Positions 16,172-29,561 of a DNA stretch of 64,000 bases are shown one piece after another. A model generated the notes under the pieces. It made no database searches. It had not been told where the DNA came from and was given only the letters and a program-made list of their open reading frames with translations. Both the position numbers and the translations under genes were made by a program. This DNA comes from the human T2T-CHM13v2.0 reference genome, Homo sapiens: assembly GCF_009914755.1 (NCBI RefSeq), contig NC_060932.1. One strand, written 5' to 3'. Position 1 is the first letter of the stretch; every line of letters begins with the position of its first letter.

Positions 16172-16995
16172 AGAGTTTTATTGAGATATTATTTACATAC
16201 CACGCAATTCACCTAATTTAAAGTGTACAATTCAGCAGATTTTACTATATTCACAAATATGTGCAAACATCACCAGTCAATTTTAGTACATTTTCACAAC
16301 CTGAAAAAGAAAACCCCAACCCTTTAGCTATTACCCTACAAGCCCTCATTTTTTCCATCAGCCATAAGCAACCACTAATTTACTTTGTTTCTGTATATTT
16401 CCTCATTCTGCATTTTTATATTAATGGAGTTATATAGTATCTAATCTTTTGTGGCTGACTTTTAAAACTCAGCATAGTGTTTTGAAGTTTTATCCATGTG
16501 ATAGAATACATTAATACTTCATTCTTTTTATGGTCAATAATATTCTATTTTATGGATATACCACATTTTGCTTATTATTGTTGTGTATTGATGGACATTT
16601 GGGTTGTTTCCACCTTTTGACTATCATGATGAACAAGGCTGCTTAACATTTATGTACAAGGCTTTATGTGAACATGTGTTTTCATTACTCTTGGGTATAT
16701 ACCTAGGAGTAGAATTGCTGGGTCAGACAATAATTCAATATTTAATTATTTGAGGAATGGCCAGAGAGTTTTTCAAAATGGTTTTGCCATTTTATATTTC
16801 CACTAGCAATATATGAGTGCTCCATTTTTTCTGCATTCTCATCAAAATATGTTGTTATTTGACTATTGGATTCCAGCCTACTTAGAAGGTGTGAAGTGGT
16901 ATCTCATTGTGGTTTGCCCTGACAACTGATGATGTTGAGAATCTTTTCATATGCTAATTGACCATTTCATATCTTCCTTGGAAAAATGGCTATTG
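16172..16995 (-). mobile_element. L1MB-type 3' end
   Basis: tttattgagata...ttaaagtgtacaattcag...ggacatttgggttgtttccacc...gggtatatacctaggagtagaattgctgggtca. Confidence 0.9.
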
Positions 16996-19074
16996 TATGA
17001 CTTTTTCTTTTGTAGTATCATGTATTACCTTAGTCTTGGACTTACTCTCACTTACTGCCTCTAGTGAGATTTAATTTTTTCCTAGTATTTTCCCCAAAAA
17101 ACTTACAGCATGCAGACATATTTTGTGACCTATTTCTTACCCAATCTCCTCTCTTGTGCAGCGATGTCACTTACAGAATACAGATATAGTGAGAAGTCTC
17201 AGATATAGTGAGATCTTATGTTCACAAAAGCCAGCCTATTCCCTGTCTTTTGTCATATTGTATTACACACAGACTGCAATGAAACATAGACTCTTTCTCC
17301 TTTTATCATTTCCTCTTGTCAGTGTTCATATTCCTTCCTACACAATGCTTGTATTTTAGAGTTTTCTCTTTAGAGCTTGCACATTGAAATGCACAATGCT
17401 TGTATTTCATAGTTTTTTCTCTTTAGAATTTTCTACTAAAATATAAAGGAATCATGTATTTCTTTTTGGTTTAATTCCCTTAGACTAGATTCATGTTATA
17501 CAAACAAAACTAACAGCTTTTCTTTGGTAGTTTCTCAGTCTCTGATTTACTAAAGAGACATTCTCCTCCCCCAGTTCCCATACGTCATTCCTTTTACTCC
17601 CGACTTTATAGACGATTTTCAGTCAGTTTCATAATCTTCTCCTTTGTATACATTTCATCGGATGTCGCAGGTCTGCTCCATGCTTCTCCACAGAATTCCG
17701 GCATTCCATTAATTCACCTTCCGTTTCTCTGTGGTGCTTCCTGAAACCTCAAAAAAAAATGCCCTCCGCCCCCAAGATGCCCTTCTGCAGCTCTCACTGT
17801 TGCAAATGAAGCCAGAACCCTTGTCTGTATGCAGCGCTGCTTCCAAAACCCAAAATACTAGAGTTTGAGGAGTGTGAAAGTGATAGCCTTAAAATACCAT
17901 TCACATGGAAATTGTTTCTTTGGCTTCTGGCCAGTATGTGAGCAACAGTTAGCCTTAGAGAGCAAAGAAATGAGTCCTTGCTGATGGCAGAACCCAGGCT
18001 GAGGCTCCTCACCTTCAGAGGCTATGAACAGGAAAGCCACAGAACATGAAGGGACAAGGCAAGGTGGAGGTGCTCAGGGAAAGTCCATCAGGTCTAATGT
18101 ATGGGTACTGGGGAATAGCCTATGCCGTTCACATTGCCCACTGCCAGGGGAACATGGATGTGCGGTTGCCACTTTCAGAGGACCCTTAAAATGTGTGTGT
18201 GTTCATGTGCATGTGCGTGCATGAGTGCGTGGGTATGAATCAGTATGTAAATCTGAGCCCAACCTTGCCCTCATTCCAGCCCTGCAAGGAGCCCGCACTC
18301 CCACCTGGCTCAGTTCCGTGTCTATTTCCCCACATGATTGACACTCTCTGTCTTAATCAGCTGTTTCCTCATCATCCCTCTGCAAAAACATTTTCCCCTC
18401 TAAGTTTTCCCTTTGCCCAGGAGATCTGTAATGGTTTCCTCTGATTCTTCTTGGACTTTTCCTATGTTTCACCTCAATCAAAGCTGTCTCTGCGTTTTGC
18501 AGTCAAACTGCATATCTTTCCATCCTAAAGTCACAGTGTATTCCCTTGCCTCTCATTTCCTCCTTTACAGCTGTATCAATTTAAAGTCCCCGTGACTCCT
18601 TTAGAATGACAGAGAAAAGCAGTATATTATTTATGAAAGAGGAGAAAGGAGACAGGGACAAAGAGAGAAAAGTTAAATATAAATTGCCAAAAAGAAACAA
18701 ATGGGAGCAGTGAGGGAAGCATTTCATGTATTTTTAGAGCTACTAGGGAAACATACACCTCTACACAAATCTGCACACTTAAACAGCAATGCACACACAG
18801 TACAAATACAGATGTCATTCCTTTCCTTTTTAAATGCAGAGACTTCTCTGTTCTCTCATCTGAAAGAAAAAGTGAGTAATTTACTCGCTTGATATTTCCC
18901 TCTGTGTTTTCATAAATCTATTCCTCAGAGGCTCAATAGTCATGAAATACGTGTCATGGTAGTGGTCCTAAAATTTTGTGCCTTCTTATTTGATGCTGAT
19001 GCAGAGCAACACAATGCTTTAAATTGCTGCTGATGCAAATCTAATCGGCAATTTCATAATTATAATTTACAATG

Positions 19075-19350
19075 ATAATAGTAACAAATATTTATGGAGT
19101 ACTTACCATGTGGCAGGCATACGTCCAAGCACATTATTTATTTGTTTCATTTAGGTCTCATTGCAGCCTTGTATTGTTATAGTTATTGTATTGTCACATA
19201 GTGTTTCAGTTATGTATTAATACAGTTGAGTAAATTGAGGCACAAAGAGTTTGGGTCATTTATCTAAGTTACTCAGTAAGACACAAGGCAGAAACATAAT
19301 TTGCCTGGGGGAATCAAACCATAGAGCTATTGCTCTTGACCACATTTTTA
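19075..19350 (-). mobile_element. MIR SINE
   Basis: atttatggagtacttaccatgtggcaggca...gagtaaattgaggcacaaagag. Confidence 0.8.
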
Positions 19351-20095
19351 TGCAACTCTTTGGTATTAATAATAAGCTACATTATCGTTGATATTCTTTA
19401 GAATGATATTTTCTGTTTAAATCAACTTGAGTTTAACTAGGGCAAACAATTGTACCCCCATACCCTTATAAACACAACATGCATTATGCTTCTTGGAGAT
19501 TTTCCACAATAGGGCCTTCAGCACACAAGGAAATTACTGTGACATTGTTCTTACCATAAGAATACTTCTGAGTTTCTAAGGACTAATAAAGAGGTAAAAG
19601 GCAATGAAACTTTGGTTAGAAGGGAGAAGAGTTGATGCAGTTCTTCAACTCTAGTAAAACATGAAGATTTCTGGGCTCAAACCTCACATTTTAGTGTCCA
19701 TTAAATTTGTGTCATCATCTCAGTTATCTTGCTTTTTTGTTTTGCTTAATATTTCAGGTTCTCTCTTTAGACACTAAGTCTCCCTTCTGATCCCTGTGCC
19801 TTAAATATGGTTTCTCTAGAGGATCCCAGCCTCTAGAGTCAGTATGTCCACAACCCAATATACCCACAAGAGATAACACAGAAAAAGAAAGTATAATTTG
19901 CTTTTAGATTCCAATTTGTAATATTTTTAATGGATAATTGAACATGACTACCAATGGACAGATACAGGACCCAAGGAAGTACTAAAGGGTTTAGGCTAAA
20001 TAAATAGTGAAAAAGATTTTTAAAGCCTCCACCTTTTAGAAAAGAAACATAATTCACTCTAGGTAGATAGATGGCCTTTAGAAATACAGTATTGT

Positions 20096-20738
<643 letters not shown>

Positions 20739-21824
20739 TTAAACTCACCTATGAAAAATAAAATAACATATTCCTAGGAGAAAACAGGAAGACATTATTT
20801 CTATTTTCCATAAGCTGAGAAGTCTGACTGAGGCTGTAATACTAAACTAGCTTGAAAATAAGAGGTGATGAATGACAAGTGCATATGCTACGCATCACAG
20901 AATTTCAAAGGAGTTTAAAAAGAAAAAGCAGTAGTAAGTTCAGAAAGGATCCAAGAGGAGACAAAAATTGAGTTGGACTGCTAAAGATGAAAATAATTTG
21001 AAAGAAAAAAATCATGAGAAGTCCTATTTAATCGGCATATAATACACAGAGAAGAAGTATGAGGAAAAATGATCAGAGAACTTATCTGTCAAGTTCAAAA
21101 ACTGTTGAGGTTTATGAATGTTAGTATAAGTACAAAAATAATAATCTGTATTTTGCTGTCAAAGGATACAAAGAAGGCTTTTTCAGTAAATTCCTCAAAT
21201 TTGGCCCCTTTCAAGTTATCAGTAACAATCAGAATAAATGTTGTGCTATAAACTTTCCTTAGAGAAGTCTTCAGATTTGTTTAGAGCTCTTTGCTTCAAT
21301 AAGGTCCAACGTTTGTTTCCCTTTTATCCAGCTAAAAGAATTATGATGATGACACCATCAGGAATGTGAAACAAATAAAGTTTTCTATTTTCTATCAGAT
21401 AACTGAAAATCTAAATGGTGTAGAAATTGTAAATGCTGAGCAAAAGACATCTAAGTAATTTGGTGTACTTCAGTGGACAATTATAAATCCTCCTTGCAAT
21501 CTTCTCAGACATTCAGATCTGCCAGGAGCTAATTAACTGCTCTGGCAGTAGGAAGATGTGGCAACTTGATTCACAGTTTCTGAAAGGCTGCAAGGTATTT
21601 AATTTGAACAATAGAAGAATTAAAGGGCAGCAGTTAGCAAGAGTATCAGCAGATAGAGTATGCCTACCTAAATGGTTCTTTTTCAATTTCAAAATTGCCT
21701 ACTTGAAGATTTGTATTGGGATTAAAAAAAAAATTAAAGGAGCCTTACATTGTAAATACCAGCAAGGAAAGACATCACTCTAATTCTGCCTTGGTAAAGC
21801 TACCAGGGTATTTCTGGTCAGTAG

Positions 21825-22070
21825 TGTCCTGGGTGTGACTAGCTGGGGCTGGCATTGTCTTGGGTGGTAAAGGAATTTACCAAGACAGTCATGAATAAAC
21901 AAAGGCAGGTTTATTAGAGAAAGTACAAAGATAGGTTGTAAGAAAGCAATGGGCAGCACAGCAGAGAAGGGGCTGTCTGCAAAGAGTCAGGGGCTGGAGG
22001 GAAGTTTTATAAGGTCATGCTGGAAGGGACGATGAGCAAGTGAGTTTGTGTTGTTTGCTAAGAATATGTT
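21825..22070 (-). mobile_element. ERV LTR fragment (LTR47-like)
   Basis: ggtggtaaaggaatttaccaagacagtc...ggcaggtttattagagaaag; AATAAA and TATA motifs on the minus strand; family call from memory. Confidence 0.55.
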
Positions 22071-23024
22071 GGGGTAATGTTTAACTGCCAGTCCTTTTCT
22101 CTCAAGGTGCCCAAAAGAAATGCTCTGCTGTTCTTAGCAACCTGCCTGCCTTCCATTTCTGGAGTTGCAACATAGTGGCTGTGGTTTTTTTTCCACACAA
22201 AAGGGATGCAAACCAGGTTAAGTCTCTGTTCTGCCAGCCTGGTTTGTTTTCAGGTTATGTTAACTTATTTATTTATTAGGGCCCCACAAGTGGCAACACA
22301 TGAATGAGGATGACTTTATGGGACAGCATCTGAACAGCCCGGCTTCCTGTAAGCTTATATAACTGAAGCAAATTACATACCAGCCACTTGCAATGGTTAT
22401 CTTGAAAATTGGAGGAATGTCCTCAGGATCCATTGAGTAGCAACAACATGAATGATAATTTTTGCATCCCAAGTTCAGAAGAAGCAACCGACATTGAGTT
22501 TTTCTTGAATCCTTCTAAGAGAGACCTTCAGATAAATATTCCAGACTGGCTTATCTCCTCTCTATCTCATCTATAATTTTGTTTTGGCTTTTATGGTTGT
22601 GGGAGGAATCTTTTACTGTGGTGCCAAAATCTTTACCCATGTTTTTTTCATTAAATCTCCACAAAAATATATTCAAACTCAAGAAACTGAGTCCCTGAAA
22701 ATTCAAATCCAGGTTTATGACATCCAATCCAACTGCATGAGTGTTCTGCCTCATGAGCCGACCTCCTGTGCATTTCTCACCAGAAGAGCTCTGATTCTAT
22801 TTTTATTTTATCCCTGGGCCATTTCTGATTTAATGTAAAGTGAAAGACACAGCTTCCTTTTCACCTCAGTTGAGGGCTGACTGTAATTTAATCTACTACT
22901 CCTGGAAATGAGATGGATTGTGGTTGAGGGGACCTCTCAGGGTCTGTTACCTGATTCCCTTGGACACTGAGGATTCCCGTGTGCTTCCCCAGCCCCAAGC
23001 ACCAGAGAGTTGAGGGAGAAAGTC

Positions 23025-23473
23025 TGTATTTATTTCCCATGGCTGCGGTAACAAAGTACTACAAACTTGGTGGCTTTAACAACAGAAATTGATTCTCTCA
23101 GTTTGGAGGCTGAAAATTCAAGTGAAGGTGTTGACAGATCGATGCTGCCTTTGTCAGCTCCAGAGAAGAGCCCTGTCTAGCCTCTTCCTACCTTTTGATG
23201 GTGGCCAGCAATCCTTGCCATTCCCTGACTTGTGGCTACATCACTCCAGTTTCTGCCTCCATCTTGACGTGGCTGTTTAACTCTGTGTATAACTGTGTCT
23301 CTGTGCATGCTCTCTTTGTTTAAGGATACCAGTCTTTGGAATTCAAGCCCATCCTATTCCAATATGACCTAATCTTTACTGATTACATTCACAAAGACCT
23401 GATTTCCAAACAAGCTCACATTCTGAGGTTCCAGGTGGACATGAGTTTGAGGGGGATACTATTCTCAACAGTA
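23025..23473 (-). mobile_element. MLT1B/C-like MaLR solo LTR
   Basis: tgtatttatttcccatggctgcggtaacaaagtactacaaac ... cacattctgaggttccaggtggacatgag; about 450 bp. Confidence 0.88.
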
Positions 23474-24323
23474 CAGCAGGTCTTGTAATACAGTCATTTT
23501 GTTTTTCATTGCTTCATTATAATGTTGATGGGGACAAAAAAATCAATTTCCTGCCAGGCCACTGTCTGTGAGGAGTTTGCATGTTCTCCTCATGTCTACA
23601 TGTCTACATGGGTTTTCCCTGGGTCAGGTTCAGCTTGCATCCCAAAGTTGTGCCTGTAAGGTTCATTGGTGTGTCTACATGGCCCCAGTGTGAGTGAGTG
23701 GGATGTGGGTGTGAGTGCACCCTGATGGGACAGTGTCCTGCTCAGGGCTGGTTCCCACCTCATGCCCTAGGCTGCAGAAACACACTCTGGTCACCCAGCC
23801 CTGAGCTAGAACAAGAAGCTTATAAAATGAATAAATGAATGAATACAAATGATTGTAAGGCAAAAATGTGTAAAGTCTATGCTAATCACACAAATGCATG
23901 ACAATAAATGATGCAGTCTGAAAGCACTCCACAAGCCTCCCATGTTTGTGATTGTTTTTGAACTTTTTGGTAAAAGGAGGTGCTCCTGACAATTTTTCTT
24001 TGTAAACATTTATTTTCTAACTTAACCCCTCATCCCTATGAGTGCTGTCACTGCTTCACCAAAAATTGGGTAAATAATATCTACTTTTTAAGTTAATGTC
24101 TCTTAAATTGGTGGATAGCTCACAATTATTTTCATGTTGAATATTAAAAGTGTTTCTCGTCTTTATTTAGAAGTTTTGTGATGCTTTTGTGACCAGAAAT
24201 ATGTCATAGGAACTTAACTTTTGTTTATATCAATTAACCTATGGTAGAATTGGTTTGATTATATCATTTTACTTAAAGTCAGTTTCTAACAACCTATCCA
24301 CATTGTTAAGTGAGGACTTACTG
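23474..24323 (+). mobile_element. MER6 (TcMar-Tigger non-autonomous DNA transposon), near full length
   Basis: TA|cagcaggtc ... gaggacttactg|TA termini; internal gtctgtgaggagtttgcatgttctcc. Confidence 0.88.
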
Positions 24324-25869
24324 TAGAGTGCTGTTTAGTTTTTTAATTATGTAAACCTTCCTGTTGTATGTCATTTTTTTTTCATGGCTGCAATTTTAAA
24401 ACTTATAGCTAACTTCTTTTATATGAGGCAATTAGATATGTGCATTGATAGATCCTTTTATCTGTGACTCTAATGCACTTAGAATAGATACAGAATTTTT
24501 GTGTTTGATAGAGTACTCTAAACATGTTTTATAGAAATTTGTTTAAACTTGTTTAAACATGTTTAAAGCTTTTTACAATTATGAAATGTTCAAGCAAATA
24601 GAAAAGTACAGTCCGCAGTAAACCAGGCACCTATATAGCTACCACCAAAATCAAACAGACATTTATCACTTTTTCTTGTTTGTTTTATTAGTTTTAAAGA
24701 AGAAAAGATAAGAATACAGCTAAGCTTTACCCTAATTCCTTTGCCCTCCTTCACTCCCAAAGGTGACTGCCATCCTGAAGCTAGAATAAATCATTCCCAT
24801 GCACTTTGCTAACTCTCTTCAATAAAAACTATAACTATAAAAAATTTAGTAATATAAAAATTTATTTCAATTGTGTTCTACTGTACCTATTTTTTTAAAC
24901 TTCATTTCTGAGGTTTTCTTGGTGTCCATGCTAGAGAAACTAGTTGTTCCCAAGATGTATACAAGAATTTTTACCACAGCATGGCATATAAGAGTGTAAA
25001 AGTTTATAAAAAAGGTAATCACCCCGACATGGGTTAATATAAATAAAACCATTTTATCAATTAAATGGAATGCTCCCTAGCAGCCAAAATGAATAAATAA
25101 AATAAACTACATATGTAAAATGTTTCTTGAAAATTCTCTATTGTTCAAAGACTACTTCCTGCATAATATAAAATATTAGATAACTTCATTCAAAAAGCTA
25201 TTGGCATAAATATTTTCTGTATCTGAATACCTATAAACCATTCAGTTCATGTTTAAATCTTACATCACCTGAAGGATGCAAGGTCTAGACATTGCAATAA
25301 GTCAACTTGTTAGCAAAACCTAATCCATTCCTTTTCATTAACTATACTAAGAAATGTAAAAAACTCTAGTTTTTAATTTTAGAAAACTGTTTCCGTTTAC
25401 TTTAGCTGCGAAGAGTAATCAGATTATTGATGCTTTTTAGAAGCTTGGGCTCTCTTAGCATCTTGATACAGCAGCTTAGTTTTGCAAAGGTTATAGATGA
25501 CTCATTTGTGTACATTTCCAACCTGGCAGCTCTAACTATTGCAGCATCTAAACTGCCATACGTATACAGCAGTAAATTATTTTCAGTATTACATTCAGAC
25601 TATTAAAGCTGTAGTGGTATGAGAATAATGCATGCTTGCATATTGTTACTGTCAGTAGGTACACAATCAATAAAACAATATTGTCCAGTATTTCAATAAA
25701 GCAGATGTCTGATAAGCTAATAGCAGCTTGAAATATGTTAAAGAATAAATATTCACTAACACTTCACACAGGGGAGGAAGTACCTGTGGAGTCAGAGAAT
25801 AAATATTGTGTCCTCCACCTCCAGTTGGTAAGGTACAGCAGCAATTCTTGGACCTGCAGGAATAGGCCT

Positions 25870-26020
25870 GGTCTGTTTTGCTGTGCATTATACTCTTCCC
25901 TGGTAGAGCTTATTACAATAGCAATTACACAGTTATTTGTACAATTACTTGGTTAACATTTTCCTCCTCTGCAAGGCACTAGCTGGATGAAATTAGAGAC
26001 CACACTCAAGTTTCTGAAGA
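25870..26020 (+). mobile_element. L2 3' fragment
   Basis: gtagagcttattacaatagcaattacacagttatttgtac, resembling the L2 3' region. Confidence 0.45.
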
Positions 26021-26761
26021 CCTCCAAAAAGAGCAATGAGGGGAATACATTCACTGAAACTAATTCAAACCAGTGGTGTCAGTGAGTATGCACAATAGAT
26101 GATATTTTATTATTTGCAAAGAATTTGTCACTACAAGTGAGAAATTATGCAAAAACAGTGAAGACACTTAAACAAATCCCTAATGGCCATAATCTTGTCA
26201 AGAAATGGGCAATAAATGGCACACATGTTGCCACTTCCTGGTGCTGTGACTTTGGCAGACCTCATGGAATTATGTGGGCATTCCACATTGGTGAGCCTAT
26301 GGATGATCTCAGAACCATCCACAAAACAGTGCAGCAACCTCTCCTGGCCAATCAGATTTGGCTCATACAGGAGGATCTACTCACCTTTGCTGATATAAAT
26401 CAACCTCTCCATGTGAGAAAACTGAGACCTCAAGGGGTTAAACTTTTCTCCCTAAAACCGACAGCCAATTATTGCCGCTTTCCTGGTTACCATGTTTTCT
26501 TTCTCTTTTTAAAATGTCCTTATTTTTATTTCTGTCTGTTCAATTAACTTAAGGGTTATAGGCTATCTCAAATATATGTTAAGAAAATGTCAGATATTAA
26601 GTGTATACATATAACGATTTTTCTGAAGTCACATAACTAGTTCTTAGTAACACAGGAATCCAGTAAAACACTAAGAGACTGTACTGCGATCTTGAATAAT
26701 TAAGTAAGCAAGTATGAAAAGAAAAAAATCTTGAGTCAGTTTTATTTTTAAAAACTCTCTC

Positions 26762-27154
<393 letters not shown>

Positions 27155-27426
27155 CTAAGCACAAGCTTCCATTAGGAGCTTGTTAATGACACTCCTGTAA
27201 GAGTTTTGCCAAACTCTTATAGATTTGAAGCAATAGAAATAACAGGTAATTTATGTTAAATGCTGATTTTAGCTTTCTGGTTGAATGTGGATTAGATTTA
27301 GTACAGAGAAAATTGTATTTTTGACATACAGTATTTAATCTATACACTGATTAAATAAGGAGTTGCAACTTAGTAGTATTTCAGCATATATTAAAATGCG
27401 TATAGGGATTTATAATCGATAGAGCC

Positions 27427-27501
27427 TTTTTTTTTAATATTTTTCTTTAACTTTTAAGTTCAGGGGTAGATATACAGGATGTGCAGGTTTGTTACACAGG
27501 T
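27427..27501 (-). mobile_element. Very short L1PA 3' terminus
   Basis: T tract then aacttttaagttcaggggta...caggatgtgcaggtttgttaca. Confidence 0.85.
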
Positions 27502-27588
27502 CCTTGTTCTTATAACATTTTTAATCATAATATTTATTTATTATGGTCATAAATGCCTCAATTATTTTTCTGTGAAAATATGTGTTCC

Positions 27589-27668
27589 CTTTAGAGTGTT
27601 GTGAGTTGTATTTTTTATGTTTTTGGAGAAAAGACTTGTGAAAGGGAAAGTGTCAGCCTTCCTTAAGT
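27589..27668 (+). repeat. 80-bp dispersed direct repeat, copy 1
   Basis: 76/80 identical to 29063-29142. Confidence 0.95.
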
Positions 27669-27803
27669 GATGCAGTTTTTTATACATATATGGAAGTTGT
27701 ACAAAGAAAGTGCCACCTAGAATCTCTGACCTTTGTGGAACTTAGGGAGAGAGGAGCAAGAGCCTGACTTCCAGGCATAGTGAACAAAACAAGGACAAAA
27801 CCC

Positions 27804-28035
27804 CTGTGGGCAACATAGTGAGACTCCATCTCTACAAGAAATAATAATAATAATAAAAATAGCTGGGCATGATGGCATGAACCTGTAGCTCCAAGTATTT
27901 GGAAGCCTGAGGCAGGAAGATTGCTTGAGCCAGAGTTCAAGGCTGCAGTGAGCTATGATCAGGCCACTGCACTCTAACCAGAGGGAGACCCTGTCTCTAA
28001 ATTAAAAATTTAAGAAAATAAATAAACAAATAAAA
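27804..28035 (+). mobile_element. 5'-truncated AluJ
   Basis: gggcaacatagtgagactccatctctac...ttcaaggctgcagtgagctatgatc. Confidence 0.9.
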
Positions 28036-28725
28036 ATGTGCATTGGACCAATTCTGGCCACATCTAAAATCTGAATGGGAAGGAAGAAATATTTAAATTA
28101 GTTGCATTTATTATTTATTGTTGGAGATATAGTTTCTGAAATTATTCTTCTGCAGAAGTTTATTTTCTACCCTTGTGTTAATTTCCTTATTTTACTTAAG
28201 TAATTTCTTACTGATTAACATGCATTTAAATAGTTATGATACTTTGCTGTTAGATCTTTATAAAGAGGTTAAATTATAATAATTATACATTTAAAGCATA
28301 TAATTATAAAACAAATATGAAGATTTTATATTGATGACAATAGATAGAGTAGTGGCAATGTAATGACATATTACAAACTTAGAATATTGAGTACTATTAA
28401 TTTGACCTCAAATATTCTCAAGATAATCACTGTAGGGTGTTAACTTCTCTCTTTACTCTTTGAATGTACTATATCTTATCTGCCTAATTTTTTCCCAAGT
28501 GGATACAATGTAAATTAAAAATTTTTCAAAAGAAACTAAAATTTATCTTTACATGGTAAATTACTCTATTAAAAATATTCTCATTACATTTTCAAATGTG
28601 AAAGATAGCCTCCTTTTTTTGAAAATTTTGATTTCCATTGATTTAAATTGTTACGATAGATAATTCACAAATGTGTCTCTGTTACCATGTGGCAGTAATT
28701 AAATTGTGTATTCAGGCATGTGAAT

Positions 28726-28870
28726 TGTAGCAGCGTGCATTTTCCAAAGGTGGCTGCAGTAACATCCTTCACCCCATGTGCCTTTTTGCCATGTGGTCTT
28801 GTCACTCCCCATCAAGAAATAGACTCTATTCCTTCTACCCTTGAATGTGGGCAAGCCTGTGGCATAGTTT
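28726..28870 (+). mobile_element. MLT1 LTR 5' fragment
   Basis: tgtagcag...ccaaaggtggctgca...ccatcaagaaatagactctattcc...cccttgaatgtgggc. Confidence 0.7.
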
Positions 28871-29062
28871 GGTAGTCAGCTTTTAGTCATAAAGTTGGCT
28901 TTACTTTGTTTAATAATATTACATTTTTCTTCTATGTATCTTTGCCTTTGGACACAAACATTACCTGGGAGGCAAAATCCTTTACTTGAATTAGGCTTGT
29001 AATTTGTTCTCTTTAATCATTATACTTAACCTTTAATGACAGTTCTCTTTAATAACTATAGT

Positions 29063-29142
29063 CTTTAGTGTGTTTTGAGTTGTATTTTTTATATTTTTGG
29101 AGAAAAGACTTGTGAAAGGGAAAGTGCCAGCCTTCCTTAAGT
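29063..29142 (+). repeat. 80-bp dispersed direct repeat, copy 2
   Basis: 76/80 identical to 27589-27668. Confidence 0.95.
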
Positions 29143-29561
29143 CACAAAAGTGCTTTGTTAATTCATTTGTGCACATCTTTCAATGTAATTGACATTTCCC
29201 TGGATGTTTAACCATAAAGGCCAGAAAGTATAAATACTGTAGATACCACAAAGATACTCTGTAGACACCACAAAGCTGTTAGTTTAACATTTAAATGGTA
29301 GCATTATTATATACAAAGAGGACAAGAGCAGAGGATATAACATTTGGATTGTAGCTTGGCTCTTACTACCTATGAGACTCTGGGCAGGTCTAACCATCTG
29401 AATGGCTAACAACTTAAATGTAATGTATACATGTCATACTAGATCACTTCTAATGTCTGCATTTTATTTCTAAAGATAAACTGTGGAATGCTTTAATTAT
29501 TTTAGTAACGTCATCAGTTTGGAGATTATGTGACTTCAAAGATGTTTTTATAAAGCATATA

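Noticed and set aside
19814-19840. ctctagaggatccc and cctctagagtc resemble the pUC polylinker
   Set aside because: Only 14 and 11 bp, with ordinary genomic flanks and no other vector sequence; treated as coincidence.
21338-21455. Short open frame (NYDDDTIRNVKQIKF...) after a pyrimidine tract
   Set aside because: The good acceptor (tccag) puts a stop in this frame and the other frames close quickly; the donor is weak.
26125-26547. 140-aa ORF, the longest outside obvious repeats
   Set aside because: Non-ATG start, no recognisable domain, 3' part runs through MIR-like and T-rich sequence; consistent with chance.
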